DNA of 64,000 nt from Candidatus Kaiserbacteria bacterium RIFOXYB1_FULL_46_14 (lineage in GTDB: Bacteria > Patescibacteriota > Minisyncoccia > Phycocordibacterales > UBA918): positions 21,074 to 85,073 of the forward strand of contig MFMS01000006.1 of assembly GCA_001783525.1 (NCBI GenBank), written 5' to 3'. How positions within the stretch are numbered: the stretch's first letter is position 1; every line of letters begins with the position of its first letter. The notes beneath the pieces are model-generated. The model saw nothing but the letters and a program-made list of their open reading frames with translations. It searched no databases and was not told where the DNA came from. This document shows positions 48,100 through 57,803 of the stretch, piece by piece. The position numbers and the translations under genes were made by a program.

Positions 48100-48345
48100 A
48101 TGAACAAGTTGTTTGCAATCGCATTAGTCCTCGTCACCGCTTTTGCCGTCTCGGCCGAGGCTGGCTCGTACGAAGCCTGCAAATCTCAGGCACGCTCTGG
48201 TCCTCTCAAGGGTTCCACCAAGATCGCCACCGTGTGGAACGGCGGCGGTAACACGAGGGTGGCTTGGTACCATAAAAAGTACAAAGACCCGAAAACCGGA
48301 AAGGTCTACCAGGGATGTGTCCGTTTTACGATCGTTCCGAAATAG
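48100..48345 (+). CDS. small secreted basic protein
   Basis: TTGACA-16-TATAAT promoter 48014-48041; SD AGGAGG; signal AEA-G; two Cys; terminator near 48371-48399. Confidence 0.8.
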   Translation: MNKLFAIALVLVTAFAVSAEAGSYEACKSQARSGPLKGSTKIATVWNGGGNTRVAWYHKKYKDPKTGKVYQGCVRFTIVPK

Positions 48346-48450
48346 CAACGTGCACGACACGTTTTCTAAAGGCCCGGCTGAATCTCAGTTGGGCCTTTTA
48401 TCAACATAAATAAAAAGTGTTTTCTGTACATTGTCGTACAATGTACAGAT

Positions 48451-49956
48451 ATGGTCACTAAAAAAAATAAAAAAATAAATCCCCTAGATCTTTTTAGTAA
48501 AGTAGGTTTATTGGGTTTATCTTTAAACACAATTCGGGCACATGCGGAAGGAGAGGGTCCTGGTGGTGGTGGTACAGATCAACAATCAGTAACAGAAGGA
48601 GATACTATACCTGGCACAGACGTTACAGCGACTGTGGGCGAGACATATGGTGTGGATTACAACGGTGACGGTTTAAATGATGTGAGTTTCGATGTTACCC
48701 CTCAACCTTCGACCCCATTCCTAGTAGTTTGGAATGGTGAGAAGTTTGTGCATGAAAATGATTTTCTTTTTGGTAAGCCGAACACTGTCTTTGCCAATTA
48801 CAAAGTTGGTTTGAAAAAATACGAACAGGGTATTGGCGGCGACACCTATTTGCTTAGTGACCAGCTCAAGACCGACAAAGACGGAAATTTGAAGATGCAG
48901 ATCCGTGAACTAGAGCCAGAGGAGTCATATATAGATAAGTTTGAAATTGGAGCGCTCGATTTGAAAGAAAGTGAGCACTACGTAGTCGATGGCAACTTAG
49001 TGGATAGTTATATTTTTGATACCCAAGAGGCTAAGGCGGTAGCAGGGGAGATGCATCACTACCACTCTAAACAAAATGTTTTCACAGCAGTCGAGGGTGC
49101 TTATACCAGCCTCACACCAAAAGATGGCGAGAGCATAACCATGCAGGCAGGCGATGAACTTGTTATCCGTGTGTCGAAAGCCCAACTAGATCCGGCGGTG
49201 GATACTTACGTCTTGGTTGATTCTCATTTCCGCGACTGGTCTCTTGGCGATCAGGTGCCTTTCTCTCGCTTGGAAAGATTTATGATTCAGAGTGTTGCTC
49301 TTGGTCAACGTAGCGCGACGGCAGTAGCGGGGGCGGCGATGCTGGCCTCGATCGCCTTTGTCGGCATTACTAAGACCGATTCTGACACCTTGGCCAAACT
49401 GCTTAATGTTCCGCATAGCTATGCCGACTACACCATTGGTGATCCAACGAGGTCTCTCGTCATCTCTGCTGGTGATAGTTTCGGTCAGACTTACTTGCAG
49501 ACCCTCTTTCCACGTTATGTACAAGCCGCACAAGAGGTAGTGCGTATTCCAAAAGATGTGATTGCTAATCTGAAAGACGAGTTTCTCACTCTTCGTGTCA
49601 AAGCTACCAAGAAACATAAGGTGCGCGCTGCCTTTGCTTTCCAGGGCACTGCTCACATTCCAAAGATAGAGACTTTATCACTACAAAAACTTGCAGACAC
49701 CAAAACTGGTGCAGACTATACAGAACAAATGAAGGAGAAGAATGGTGTTTTCCTCCACACAATTCCTGGTGATGTACTTGATTTAGTAATCAAAGATACT
49801 CCGAAAGTAGCCAATACTAAGAGACGCTATGTCTTACGCGCTAATGGTTTTTACACTCGTATGTCTGCGAAGACGACCGCAATTGTGGGAAAGAATTGGT
49901 TGGAACGCCTAGCCCCAGAAGATCGCAATCTGCTTAAAGGCCTCCGCTTGTCTTAA
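48451..49956 (+). CDS. hypothetical exported protein
   Basis: Signal-like AHA-E, DYNGDG loop, PFLVVWNGEKF motif, internal hydrophobic segment. Confidence 0.8.
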   Translation: MVTKKNKKINPLDLFSKVGLLGLSLNTIRAHAEGEGPGGGGTDQQSVTEGDTIPGTDVTATVGETYGVDYNGDGLNDVSFDVTPQPSTPFLVVWNGEKFVHENDFLFGKPNTVFANYKVGLKKYEQGIGGDTYLLSDQLKTDKDGNLKMQIRELEPEESYIDKFEIGALDLKESEHYVVDGNLVDSYIFDTQEAKAVAGEMHHYHSKQNVFTAVEGAYTSLTPKDGESITMQAGDELVIRVSKAQLDPAVDTYVLVDSHFRDWSLGDQVPFSRLERFMIQSVALGQRSATAVAGAAMLASIAFVGITKTDSDTLAKLLNVPHSYADYTIGDPTRSLVISAGDSFGQTYLQTLFPRYVQAAQEVVRIPKDVIANLKDEFLTLRVKATKKHKVRAAFAFQGTAHIPKIETLSLQKLADTKTGADYTEQMKEKNGVFLHTIPGDVLDLVIKDTPKVANTKRRYVLRANGFYTRMSAKTTAIVGKNWLERLAPEDRNLLKGLRLS

Positions 49957-49973
49957 GAGTTAAATTATTATCT

Positions 49974-51038
49974 ATGTTTGAATTAATAAAACAAAAAATA
50001 CCATCGCTCACATCTATCGCGGGTTCAATAGTGGCGATCGTGGTGGTGCTAGGTGTGTACGGAATATGGCAGTTTGTCTGGCCGTCAATCAGTATCAACA
50101 AACTTGGAACAGAAAATCTTTCTGGAAGACTTGTTTACAGTGGCATGCAAAAAGCGGGTGAGCTTGCACCGAAGACTTATAGTTTGATCCTTGATAACAA
50201 TGATATGAAGGTAGTGAATGAAAGTAAGCGCTTCAAAGTCCTTTCTAGTAACGCTGTTGAGTTTGCTACATCAAGCAACAGTAAGGATTTTTTCTTCATG
50301 GACTTAGCCTTTGATAATTCTTCTGGTACCAGCACTGTGGTTAAGCGTGTCATGCATGCGATTTTTCCAGACACATTGGAGGTAGTAACCCGAGGTGTGC
50401 CAGAACAATACGGCACGATGTCTTGGTCTCCGAATCTTAGAATGCTGGCACTGAGCATAGCGCGAGAAAACCTAGATGGACAGGCAAAGGTTTCTACTTT
50501 GAACTGGAAGGTCTTACTTACTAACGAAAGTGGGGAAGTGCAACTCGAAATACCTGATGCAGCCAACCCAGTTTGGATGCCAAACAGTAACCTACTCCTA
50601 TATCTTCGATCTGACGGAATTTATGCTTACGATACATTGATCGGAGCTGAACAGCGTGTCCTCAGCTTCTTAGATGAAAGTGAACAACCGTTTTCCGCTG
50701 TTGTCAGCATTATGTTCGAGGTGTCACCCGATGGTCGTAAATTGGTTTTGACAACTCCCGGCACTGGAAACATCAGTGTCTATGAAGTGTCGGCCACTAT
50801 GGATGTGACGAAGTTGTATTCACGAGAAAACCAATCAGTGAATTATTCTTGGCCAGTGGTTTCACCTGATGGAATGTCTTACGCGGTCATTGCTAGAGAC
50901 ATTGTAGATGGCGCTTTTGCTAATCCAAGAATTGAGTTTTACCCGATCAGTGATGAGAAGCAGGGAGTTATAGGCGCATATCCCCTAAACGGATTTAATC
51001 CTTCTCGTGTTTACCTGGACGACTGGGTTAGTAACTAA
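49974..51038 (+). CDS. TolB-like beta-propeller membrane protein
   Basis: N-terminal TM; WSPN, WMPNS and SPDG (x2) repeats. Confidence 0.8.
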   Translation: MFELIKQKIPSLTSIAGSIVAIVVVLGVYGIWQFVWPSISINKLGTENLSGRLVYSGMQKAGELAPKTYSLILDNNDMKVVNESKRFKVLSSNAVEFATSSNSKDFFFMDLAFDNSSGTSTVVKRVMHAIFPDTLEVVTRGVPEQYGTMSWSPNLRMLALSIARENLDGQAKVSTLNWKVLLTNESGEVQLEIPDAANPVWMPNSNLLLYLRSDGIYAYDTLIGAEQRVLSFLDESEQPFSAVVSIMFEVSPDGRKLVLTTPGTGNISVYEVSATMDVTKLYSRENQSVNYSWPVVSPDGMSYAVIARDIVDGAFANPRIEFYPISDEKQGVIGAYPLNGFNPSRVYLDDWVSN

Positions 51039-51095
51039 ATAAAAAATAAAAAAGCGCTGCGTTAGACGCAGCGCTTTTTTATTTTGCACTCCTCT

Positions 51096-52385
51096 TTATT
51101 TTGCTAGAGCAGCTAGTTCTTCTTTCACCACTTCGGCGTCACTCCATTTTTTCTTTGTATTGTTAGGACCCATGATGTAAGGGTCGGTTCCTTTGCCGGA
51201 AATTATCACGTAGTCGCCGTGCTTAGCCTCTTCTAGCGCGTTGCGAATAGCCAGGCGGCGATCCATTATGATGTCTAGTTTTGATTTGTCAGTAATACCA
51301 TTGGCCATTTCTTCCAATATCTTTCGTGGGTTTTCATCATAAGGGTCTTCGTTGGTGAGAATCACTCGATCGCAGTATTTGTCTGCGATAGCTCCCATTT
51401 CTGGGCGTTTCCAACGATCGCGGCCGCCGCCAGTATTGCCAAGTACGCACACTTTTGAAACATCCTTGAATGCTTGGTAGAGCTTTTCTAAAGAATCAGG
51501 AGTATGGGCATAGTCCACCACTGCGGTGATCTGTTTACCTGCTCCGGAGGGGCTGTAAAAATGTTCGACGCGGCCGTTGACGGGAGGGAGGGTACCAAGA
51601 GCTTTTTCGATAGAACGCCAAGGTATATTGAGTGCTCTCGTTAATGTAATAGCAGCTAGCGCGTTATAGACATTGAAGAGTCCGACCAAGGGTACGCGAA
51701 TGGTTATTTCCTCACCGACATCTTTAAAAATCAGACCAATACCATCTTTGTGTAAGGTGTGAAGTTCCAAGGAATGCAAAGAAAACGGCAGTTTTTCCTC
51801 GGTATCAATTTTTAGAAAATCAGCGCCGTGTTCATCGTCAGTGTTGGCTACAATGTAGCGGGGTCGTTTGGGAGATTTTTCCAGTCCTTTAGCGATCGAT
51901 AACTTAGCCTCTTTGTATCGCAGGAAAGAGCCGTGCGACTCTATGTGTTCGGGGGTTAGGTTCGTGAAGACTAGCGCGTCTAGTTCAATGAAGCGGTGAC
52001 GATATTGTTTGGCACCCTCCGATGTCATCTCAATCACAGCGTGTGTACAACCTGCCGCCGCTGCGTCGCGGAGAAATTTTTGCACAAAGAAACGACCAGG
52101 GGTGGTCATTTTGTAGAGATTGGGTTTTGTTTCATTGCCAATCTTGAATTGGATTGTAGAAAGGGAAGCGGTCTTTATACCAGCGGTGGATAATATAGCG
52201 CTGATTAACTCCACGGTGGTGGACTTACCCTTTGTGCCTGTCACGGCAATAACGGTCAATTCACGAGATGGGTGGTGATAGAGTTTGTCTCCAAGCCAAG
52301 CTAGCGCCAAGTGGTATGGGGGACGGAGATGGTTGAGCACCTGTACCGGCAACATCCGTTTGCACCAATATAAGATTGTATCCAT
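51096..52385 (-). CDS. murE: UDP-MurNAc-tripeptide synthetase (Mur ligase)
   Basis: VTGTKGKST, NLTPEH, DYAHTPD and GGGRD motifs; NEDPYDE in place of the DNPR motif. Confidence 0.9.
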   Translation of the reverse strand: MDTILYWCKRMLPVQVLNHLRPPYHLALAWLGDKLYHHPSRELTVIAVTGTKGKSTTVELISAILSTAGIKTASLSTIQFKIGNETKPNLYKMTTPGRFFVQKFLRDAAAAGCTHAVIEMTSEGAKQYRHRFIELDALVFTNLTPEHIESHGSFLRYKEAKLSIAKGLEKSPKRPRYIVANTDDEHGADFLKIDTEEKLPFSLHSLELHTLHKDGIGLIFKDVGEEITIRVPLVGLFNVYNALAAITLTRALNIPWRSIEKALGTLPPVNGRVEHFYSPSGAGKQITAVVDYAHTPDSLEKLYQAFKDVSKVCVLGNTGGGRDRWKRPEMGAIADKYCDRVILTNEDPYDENPRKILEEMANGITDKSKLDIIMDRRLAIRNALEEAKHGDYVIISGKGTDPYIMGPNNTKKKWSDAEVVKEELAALAK

Positions 52386-52451
52386 ACAAGACAGTATAAA
52401 ATGAAAATCACTCACCGGCGAATTTATCTGAGTAGAGTAGAATATACATAT

Positions 52452-53912
52452 ATGAGATGGGTGGTTTGGCTTCTGGCAGGTTTGCTTTTCGGACTTGTTT
52501 CAGTAAGTCAGTTGTTTTGGTGGCTGGTTTTACCAGCCTTTGTATTGTTTATTTACGCCATTAGCAAAGCTGCCAGTTGGCGGGAAGTAATCATCGGCGG
52601 TCTCCTTGTCGGCACATTGAAATGTCTAGGAGGGTACTCATTTATCTGGGCGGCGTACCCGATGGCTTGGGTATCGTTAGGTCCGATTAGTCAGTTTATA
52701 TTTATCTTCATATACTGGCTTTCTACCGCCGCGGCTATGGGGCTCGGCGTAGTAGTGGCTGCAGCCGCGGCGTTTTTTGTTTGGGGAAACCACCAAAAAT
52801 ATTTTTTGCTGGTCTTTCCAGTGATTTGGCTTTTGGGGGAGATACTTGGTTCATTTACAGCGTCAGTTATTTTGCTTGGTCCTGGTTCATACTTAAATAT
52901 CAATATCGGACATGGCTATGCGGGCCTCGCCTTGGCAAATATTTCTTTGTTTTATCCATTTGCGTCTTTAGGCGGAGTACAAGGACTAACCTTTGTCGCT
53001 GCCTTTATCGGAACACTAACTTATTTTGTTTGGACGCATAGAAATTGGTCTTGGCTTAAAAAAGTTTTTTGGTCAGGTTATGGCATCGCAGCTTTGCTGG
53101 TTCTTTATGCAGTTTTTCCGACGGCACCAGTGTCGGAGATGGGGAAGAAGGTTATTGCTATCGATACAAAATTTAGTACCAGCTTACTCAATTCTTCAGG
53201 AGGAGAGAAGATAAAAGCGAGGGAGGAGGTTGGCGCGGTTTTGGCGGCGGCCAAAACCGCGCCAACCATAATCCTCTTGCCGGAAGATGCCCGCCTGACT
53301 GATTATCTAGGAGGAGAAGAGAAAGCTTTGGCGTTTTTAGATTCAAAGATAAATAGCAACACACTAATAGTAGATAGTATGCGTGTGGATGAAGAAGATA
53401 GCGCGACCCTTCGGGCCGTCTATTATGATTTAGAAGATAGTGCGGTTTACACAACTGATAAGCAGTTTTTGACTCCGCAAGGAGAATACATCAGTTACCC
53501 ATTCATATGGGCTTTACGTCTCTTTGGACACGATAGAGAGATCGATCATATTTTGCAGAATCAAAATTATAAACCCGGCAAAATTACCGATTATCAACAA
53601 TTCCCAGCCGACTTACCAGGGTTTATGTTTTGTTTTGAGAGTTCGTCTGTTTTTGGACTTTCTAGATTAGTTGATTTACGCGAAAGTCCGTTAGTTTTAC
53701 ATGCCGTGTCACACTCGCGCTTTAATGATCCGCATATACTGCATTTCCAATTGGATTCGATGATAAGAGCACAAGCAATTTATACAAAAAAGAGTGTGGT
53801 ATCTGCCAACAATATGGCCAATAGCAAATTTTATGGGCCTGATGGACGTATAGTAAAAGGGGAAGTAATACTGAGTACTGAGTTTTTTGATTTGATAGAA
53901 TATAACCTTTGA
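52452..53912 (+). CDS. lnt: apolipoprotein N-acyltransferase-like protein
   Basis: Multi-TM N-terminal half; nitrilase triad LPED, KQFLTPQGEY, CFES. Confidence 0.8.
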   Translation: MRWVVWLLAGLLFGLVSVSQLFWWLVLPAFVLFIYAISKAASWREVIIGGLLVGTLKCLGGYSFIWAAYPMAWVSLGPISQFIFIFIYWLSTAAAMGLGVVVAAAAAFFVWGNHQKYFLLVFPVIWLLGEILGSFTASVILLGPGSYLNINIGHGYAGLALANISLFYPFASLGGVQGLTFVAAFIGTLTYFVWTHRNWSWLKKVFWSGYGIAALLVLYAVFPTAPVSEMGKKVIAIDTKFSTSLLNSSGGEKIKAREEVGAVLAAAKTAPTIILLPEDARLTDYLGGEEKALAFLDSKINSNTLIVDSMRVDEEDSATLRAVYYDLEDSAVYTTDKQFLTPQGEYISYPFIWALRLFGHDREIDHILQNQNYKPGKITDYQQFPADLPGFMFCFESSSVFGLSRLVDLRESPLVLHAVSHSRFNDPHILHFQLDSMIRAQAIYTKKSVVSANNMANSKFYGPDGRIVKGEVILSTEFFDLIEYNL

Positions 53913-53927
53913 TATAGTTAACTAATT

Positions 53928-54749
53928 ATGTTTCTCACAAAAATTTTTCTTCACAAAAAGGTTTTAACCGAAAAGCTTAAGAAGTTATTTGGTAACACTT
54001 CTGTAACGGTAGGGTTACTACTAACAGCCGCCGGTGTCGTTTTAGTCAGTGGGTATTTTTTGCAACCCGATTTGTCAGAGACTGCTGACCCTTTTGAGCT
54101 CGGTGAGTATTACTTCAACGCTTACGACACTCCAGACGGAAAGTATGATCTAAAGTTGGCGCGACAGTACTATACAAAAGCCATAGAAGAGGGATCAGAA
54201 AATCCGATGGTTTGGTATCAGCTAGGCCGAATTGATTTTTTGGAAGGTAACTATTCGGGCGCGCTGTATAAATTTGATAAGCAAATAGCTCTTTATGGCG
54301 AGCAGGTACCAAGTGTGTACTATATGAGGGGTTTGACCTATGGATACAAGGCCCGTAAAAGCGGCGACGCTTTAGATTGGCGGAAAGCAGAGGAAAACTT
54401 TTTGAAGCATTTAGAAGATAAACCAGAAAGCCCATGGACTCGTACCGATTTGTCATGGGTGTATTTTTCGCAAGGAAAATTTGCAGAAATGGTGCCTTTG
54501 CTTGAAGAGGGTCTAAGTTTTGAACCGCAAAATCCTTGGTTGCTCAATATGTATGGGTTGTCACTTATGAATACCGGCAGAAGAGAAGAGGCCCGCGCAC
54601 AGTTTGAACAAGCACTCGAGTTTGCTAGTTATTTAGATGAAGAAAGTTGGGGTCGCACCTATCCAGGTAATGATCCGGCCGCTTGGAAACAAGGTTTGGC
54701 AGAGTTTCAATCTCTAATCAAGAAAAATTTGGAGTTAACTAGTAAGTAG
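53928..54749 (+). CDS. membrane-anchored TPR protein
   Basis: TM followed by several TPR-like helical pairs. Confidence 0.85.
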   Translation: MFLTKIFLHKKVLTEKLKKLFGNTSVTVGLLLTAAGVVLVSGYFLQPDLSETADPFELGEYYFNAYDTPDGKYDLKLARQYYTKAIEEGSENPMVWYQLGRIDFLEGNYSGALYKFDKQIALYGEQVPSVYYMRGLTYGYKARKSGDALDWRKAEENFLKHLEDKPESPWTRTDLSWVYFSQGKFAEMVPLLEEGLSFEPQNPWLLNMYGLSLMNTGRREEARAQFEQALEFASYLDEESWGRTYPGNDPAAWKQGLAEFQSLIKKNLELTSK

Positions 54750-54825
54750 AGTACTCGCCCAGTTTGAAAAGTTAATCACAGGTGTTGTTATGAATTGTGA
54801 TACAAAGTAGTTATCATAATGTGTA

Positions 54826-56547
54826 ATGACAAAATCTAAATTAACGTTAATTACTGGTGTCGTGGCAACTTTTGCCGTTGCTATTTTAATAGCTGGTTCA
54901 GGGACGGAACAAAAACCTTTTCAGTCAGTAGAATTGAATTTGGCCGAAGTGTCGCCACTTGGTGAAAGTGCTGGCTATGCCGTACCAGCGTCGGGAGAAA
55001 CAGTCAGAGTGTATATTCCGAAGGCGTTGATTTCAGATAATGTAAACTGGACTTTTCGAAATGAAGAATACAGGGTAACTTATGGTCCTAAGAAAGCAGG
55101 CGCTGCCGACTTTTGTAAGCTTGAGAGTAAGGCTCCAGGCAGTAATGATTGGAAAAAGATAGATGAAGCCGGAGCTGGTAACACAAAAAACATAGCCCAA
55201 TCACCGGCGACACTTGGGACGTGGCATTATCGAGCAAGTTGCGGCATAAAAATTGACGTCTGTCAGACCTATCAAGTTTTTAATGAGCATACTTACTTTA
55301 AGTCTCTAAAAGCAAGTGGTTTGTTTAGTCTAAACTTTGAAACTCCATATGCTGAGGCTGGTGGTGGCGGGGCGAAATGTAACAAGAAATTCTACGGAGA
55401 CTGGGTGTACTTGAATCACAATGTTGTTCCCAAGCCTCCTGTGGCAGAGATCTCACAAAATAAAGCCACCACAGACAAGGGCGAATCCTTCACTGTTACT
55501 TACGGTCCTAAGCGAACTGGCTACGCCGGTGGAGTTGCTGATTCCTGTGTCTTACAGAGAATGGCACCAAGTCAAACAACGTGGGTCGAAGTGGACACCA
55601 GTGCCGGCCGTACTAATAACGTGTCGCAGACATTTAACACACTCGGTACTTGGAAGTATCGTGCACGTTGTAGCAATGACGGGGGTAATTCTAATTGGGT
55701 AGGTCTAAATCATGATGTTGTTCCCAAGCCTCCTGTGGCAGAGATCTCACAAAATAAATCCACCACAGACAAGGGCGAATCCTTCACTGTTACTTACGGT
55801 CCTAAGCGAACTGGCTACGCCGGTGGAGTTGCTGATTCCTGTGTCTTACAGAGACTCGCGCCAAGCCAAACAACTTGGGTCAATGTGGACACCAGTGCCG
55901 GCCGTACTAATAACGTGTCGCAAATGTTCAATACGGTCGGAACTTACCGCTATCGAGCACAATGTACCAATGATGGTGGTAGTTCCGCTTGGGTATCTCT
56001 GAATCACATAGTGGTGACTGACGGTACTGTACCTACGGTAATACTTGAAGTACGCAACGTAACTGCTGACGATGCTTGGACTAGCGGCAATATAAGTATC
56101 AACACCGGTGATCAGATAAACCTACGTTGGGATGGAAACAATGTTTCAACCTGTACCGGTAGCGCCTTCTCTACTGGTGGAGCGGTATCGGGCACAAATG
56201 CCAATGTCACCGAGCCAACAGCAAATAGCAGCCGCACTTACACAGTGAACTGTACGGGTACTAACGGCGCGGCTTCGGACTCTCTATCTGTTAGTTTGGG
56301 CGTGGGCACAACGGGTGATGTTGATGTAGATCCAGACATAGTCCGCAAAGGTGACACTGTGGACGTAACCTGGACGGGCGCCACAGGAGCATGTACGCTC
56401 ACTGGACCTGGCGTCAACATGACTAACCTTGGACCATCAGGAAGTGTACAAGTGGTGATAAATGGCGAATCCACCTACACACTAACTTGTCCAGGTGGGG
56501 AAGATACCGCGACAGTGAAAGTGCTCCCAGTCATCCAAGAGACTTAA
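54826..56547 (+). CDS. surface protein with Ig/PKD-like Cys-paired repeats
   Basis: N-terminal TM/signal; three ~98-aa repeats (VTYGPK...C...GTWxYRAxC) plus two TYTxxC domains. Confidence 0.85.
   Translation: MTKSKLTLITGVVATFAVAILIAGSGTEQKPFQSVELNLAEVSPLGESAGYAVPASGETVRVYIPKALISDNVNWTFRNEEYRVTYGPKKAGAADFCKLESKAPGSNDWKKIDEAGAGNTKNIAQSPATLGTWHYRASCGIKIDVCQTYQVFNEHTYFKSLKASGLFSLNFETPYAEAGGGGAKCNKKFYGDWVYLNHNVVPKPPVAEISQNKATTDKGESFTVTYGPKRTGYAGGVADSCVLQRMAPSQTTWVEVDTSAGRTNNVSQTFNTLGTWKYRARCSNDGGNSNWVGLNHDVVPKPPVAEISQNKSTTDKGESFTVTYGPKRTGYAGGVADSCVLQRLAPSQTTWVNVDTSAGRTNNVSQMFNTVGTYRYRAQCTNDGGSSAWVSLNHIVVTDGTVPTVILEVRNVTADDAWTSGNISINTGDQINLRWDGNNVSTCTGSAFSTGGAVSGTNANVTEPTANSSRTYTVNCTGTNGAASDSLSVSLGVGTTGDVDVDPDIVRKGDTVDVTWTGATGACTLTGPGVNMTNLGPSGSVQVVINGESTYTLTCPGGEDTATVKVLPVIQET
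55421..56003 (+). repeat. intragenic tandem duplication, period 294 bp
   Basis: ATGTTGTTCCCAAGCCTCCTGTGGCAGAG at 55421 and 55715. Confidence 0.92.
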
Positions 56548-56634
56548 AATACAATACATAAAGCAAGACGGCGCGGGGCTTAAGCCCCGCGCCGTCTTGC
56601 TTTTTCAGTAATAATCGGCTATATTTCTGCCATT

Positions 56635-56898
56635 ATGGCAATAACCAAAGGCGCTAAAAAGGCCAACCGATCAAGCTTGCGTAAGCGAGTGTTTAACTTG
56701 CGTCGCAAGAACACAATGGCCGACTCGGTCAAAGAAGTCCGTAAGCAGATTGTTGCCGGAACTAAGGCAGAAGCAGAAAAAAACTTATCAGCCGCCTACC
56801 AAGCTATCGATAAGGCTGCCAAGCGAGGCGTCATCAAGCCGAACACAGCTGCGCGTAAGAAGTCACGACTAGTAGCTGCTATCAACAAGATCAAATAG
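56635..56898 (+). CDS. rpsT: 30S ribosomal protein S20
   Basis: IDKAAKRGVIKPNTAARKKSRL. Confidence 0.97.
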   Translation: MAITKGAKKANRSSLRKRVFNLRRKNTMADSVKEVRKQIVAGTKAEAEKNLSAAYQAIDKAAKRGVIKPNTAARKKSRLVAAINKIK

Positions 56899-56966
56899 AT
56901 TCATAAACATCCTCGAAATGAGGATGTTTTTGTTTTTGTGCACAACAGCAATGTTAGAATATTGGG

Positions 56967-57440
56967 ATGTCAGATGATAGAACACACGCTATTGTTTGGG
57001 AGGCTCCCGAACATCGCCATTTTCACAAACCGAGCGACTGGTATTGGGCGCTTGGAATCATTGCGCTTTGTGGCGCAGTAGCAGCCTTCTTCTTTGGCAA
57101 CTTTATGTTTGCGGTTTTGATATTGGTAGGTGCGGCCGTAATGGCACTGCAGTCTGCCAAGCCACCGCGAATCGTACCTTTCATGGTTGGTACTCGCGGC
57201 GTACGTGCTGGGAATCAACTTTTTACTTACGGCTCGTTAGAGGCCTATCACATTGACGAAGAGGATGCCTTAGGGACACAGCTCCTACTTCGTTCCAAAC
57301 GGCTTTATATGCCACTTATCGTAATACCGATTCCTGACGAGTATATACATGAGATAGAGGACCTTTTACGAGAAAGATTAAAGGAAGAAGATCTAGAAGA
57401 ACCATTGGCACATAAGCTGTTGGAAATGGTTGGTTTTTAA
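56967..57440 (+). CDS. conserved two-TM hypothetical protein
   Basis: WEAPEH...DWYW, two TM segments, beta-rich C-terminus. Confidence 0.8.
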   Translation: MSDDRTHAIVWEAPEHRHFHKPSDWYWALGIIALCGAVAAFFFGNFMFAVLILVGAAVMALQSAKPPRIVPFMVGTRGVRAGNQLFTYGSLEAYHIDEEDALGTQLLLRSKRLYMPLIVIPIPDEYIHEIEDLLRERLKEEDLEEPLAHKLLEMVGF

Positions 57441-57507
57441 TTCTCGGGTTAAACCCAATTAACAAAGAAAACGAAAGCGCCCTTAGGCGCTTTCGTTTTC
57501 TATATTG

Positions 57508-57579
57508 TGCTCCCGCCAGGAATCGAACCTGAATCGCAGGTACCGCAAACCTGCATTCTATCCATTAAACTACGGGAGC
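57508..57579 (-). tRNA. tRNA-Arg(GCG)
   Basis: GCTCCCG/CGGGAGC acceptor stem; CAGGT-TTGCGGT-ACCTG anticodon arm. Confidence 0.93.
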
Positions 57580-57660
57580 AGCTGCTTCGTAGAAGCGAAG
57601 CGATAATACCACAGATTTTTTACAAAAGTAACCGTCTTGCGAGACGGTTACAGTGTGCTG

Positions 57661-57747
57661 CGGAAGCGGTGAGATTCGAACTCACGGTCCCCGTTAAGAG
57701 ACTCCTGTTTTCAAGACAGGTGCAATCGACCACTCTGCCACGCTTCC
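57661..57747 (-). tRNA. tRNA-Ser(TGA)
   Basis: CCTGT-CTTGAAA-ACAGG anticodon arm; long variable arm; G discriminator. Confidence 0.95.
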
Positions 57748-57803
57748 GTGAACACGATACTAACAAAAAAATGCAATTATCCAAAATGTGATAATCTAGC
57801 GAT

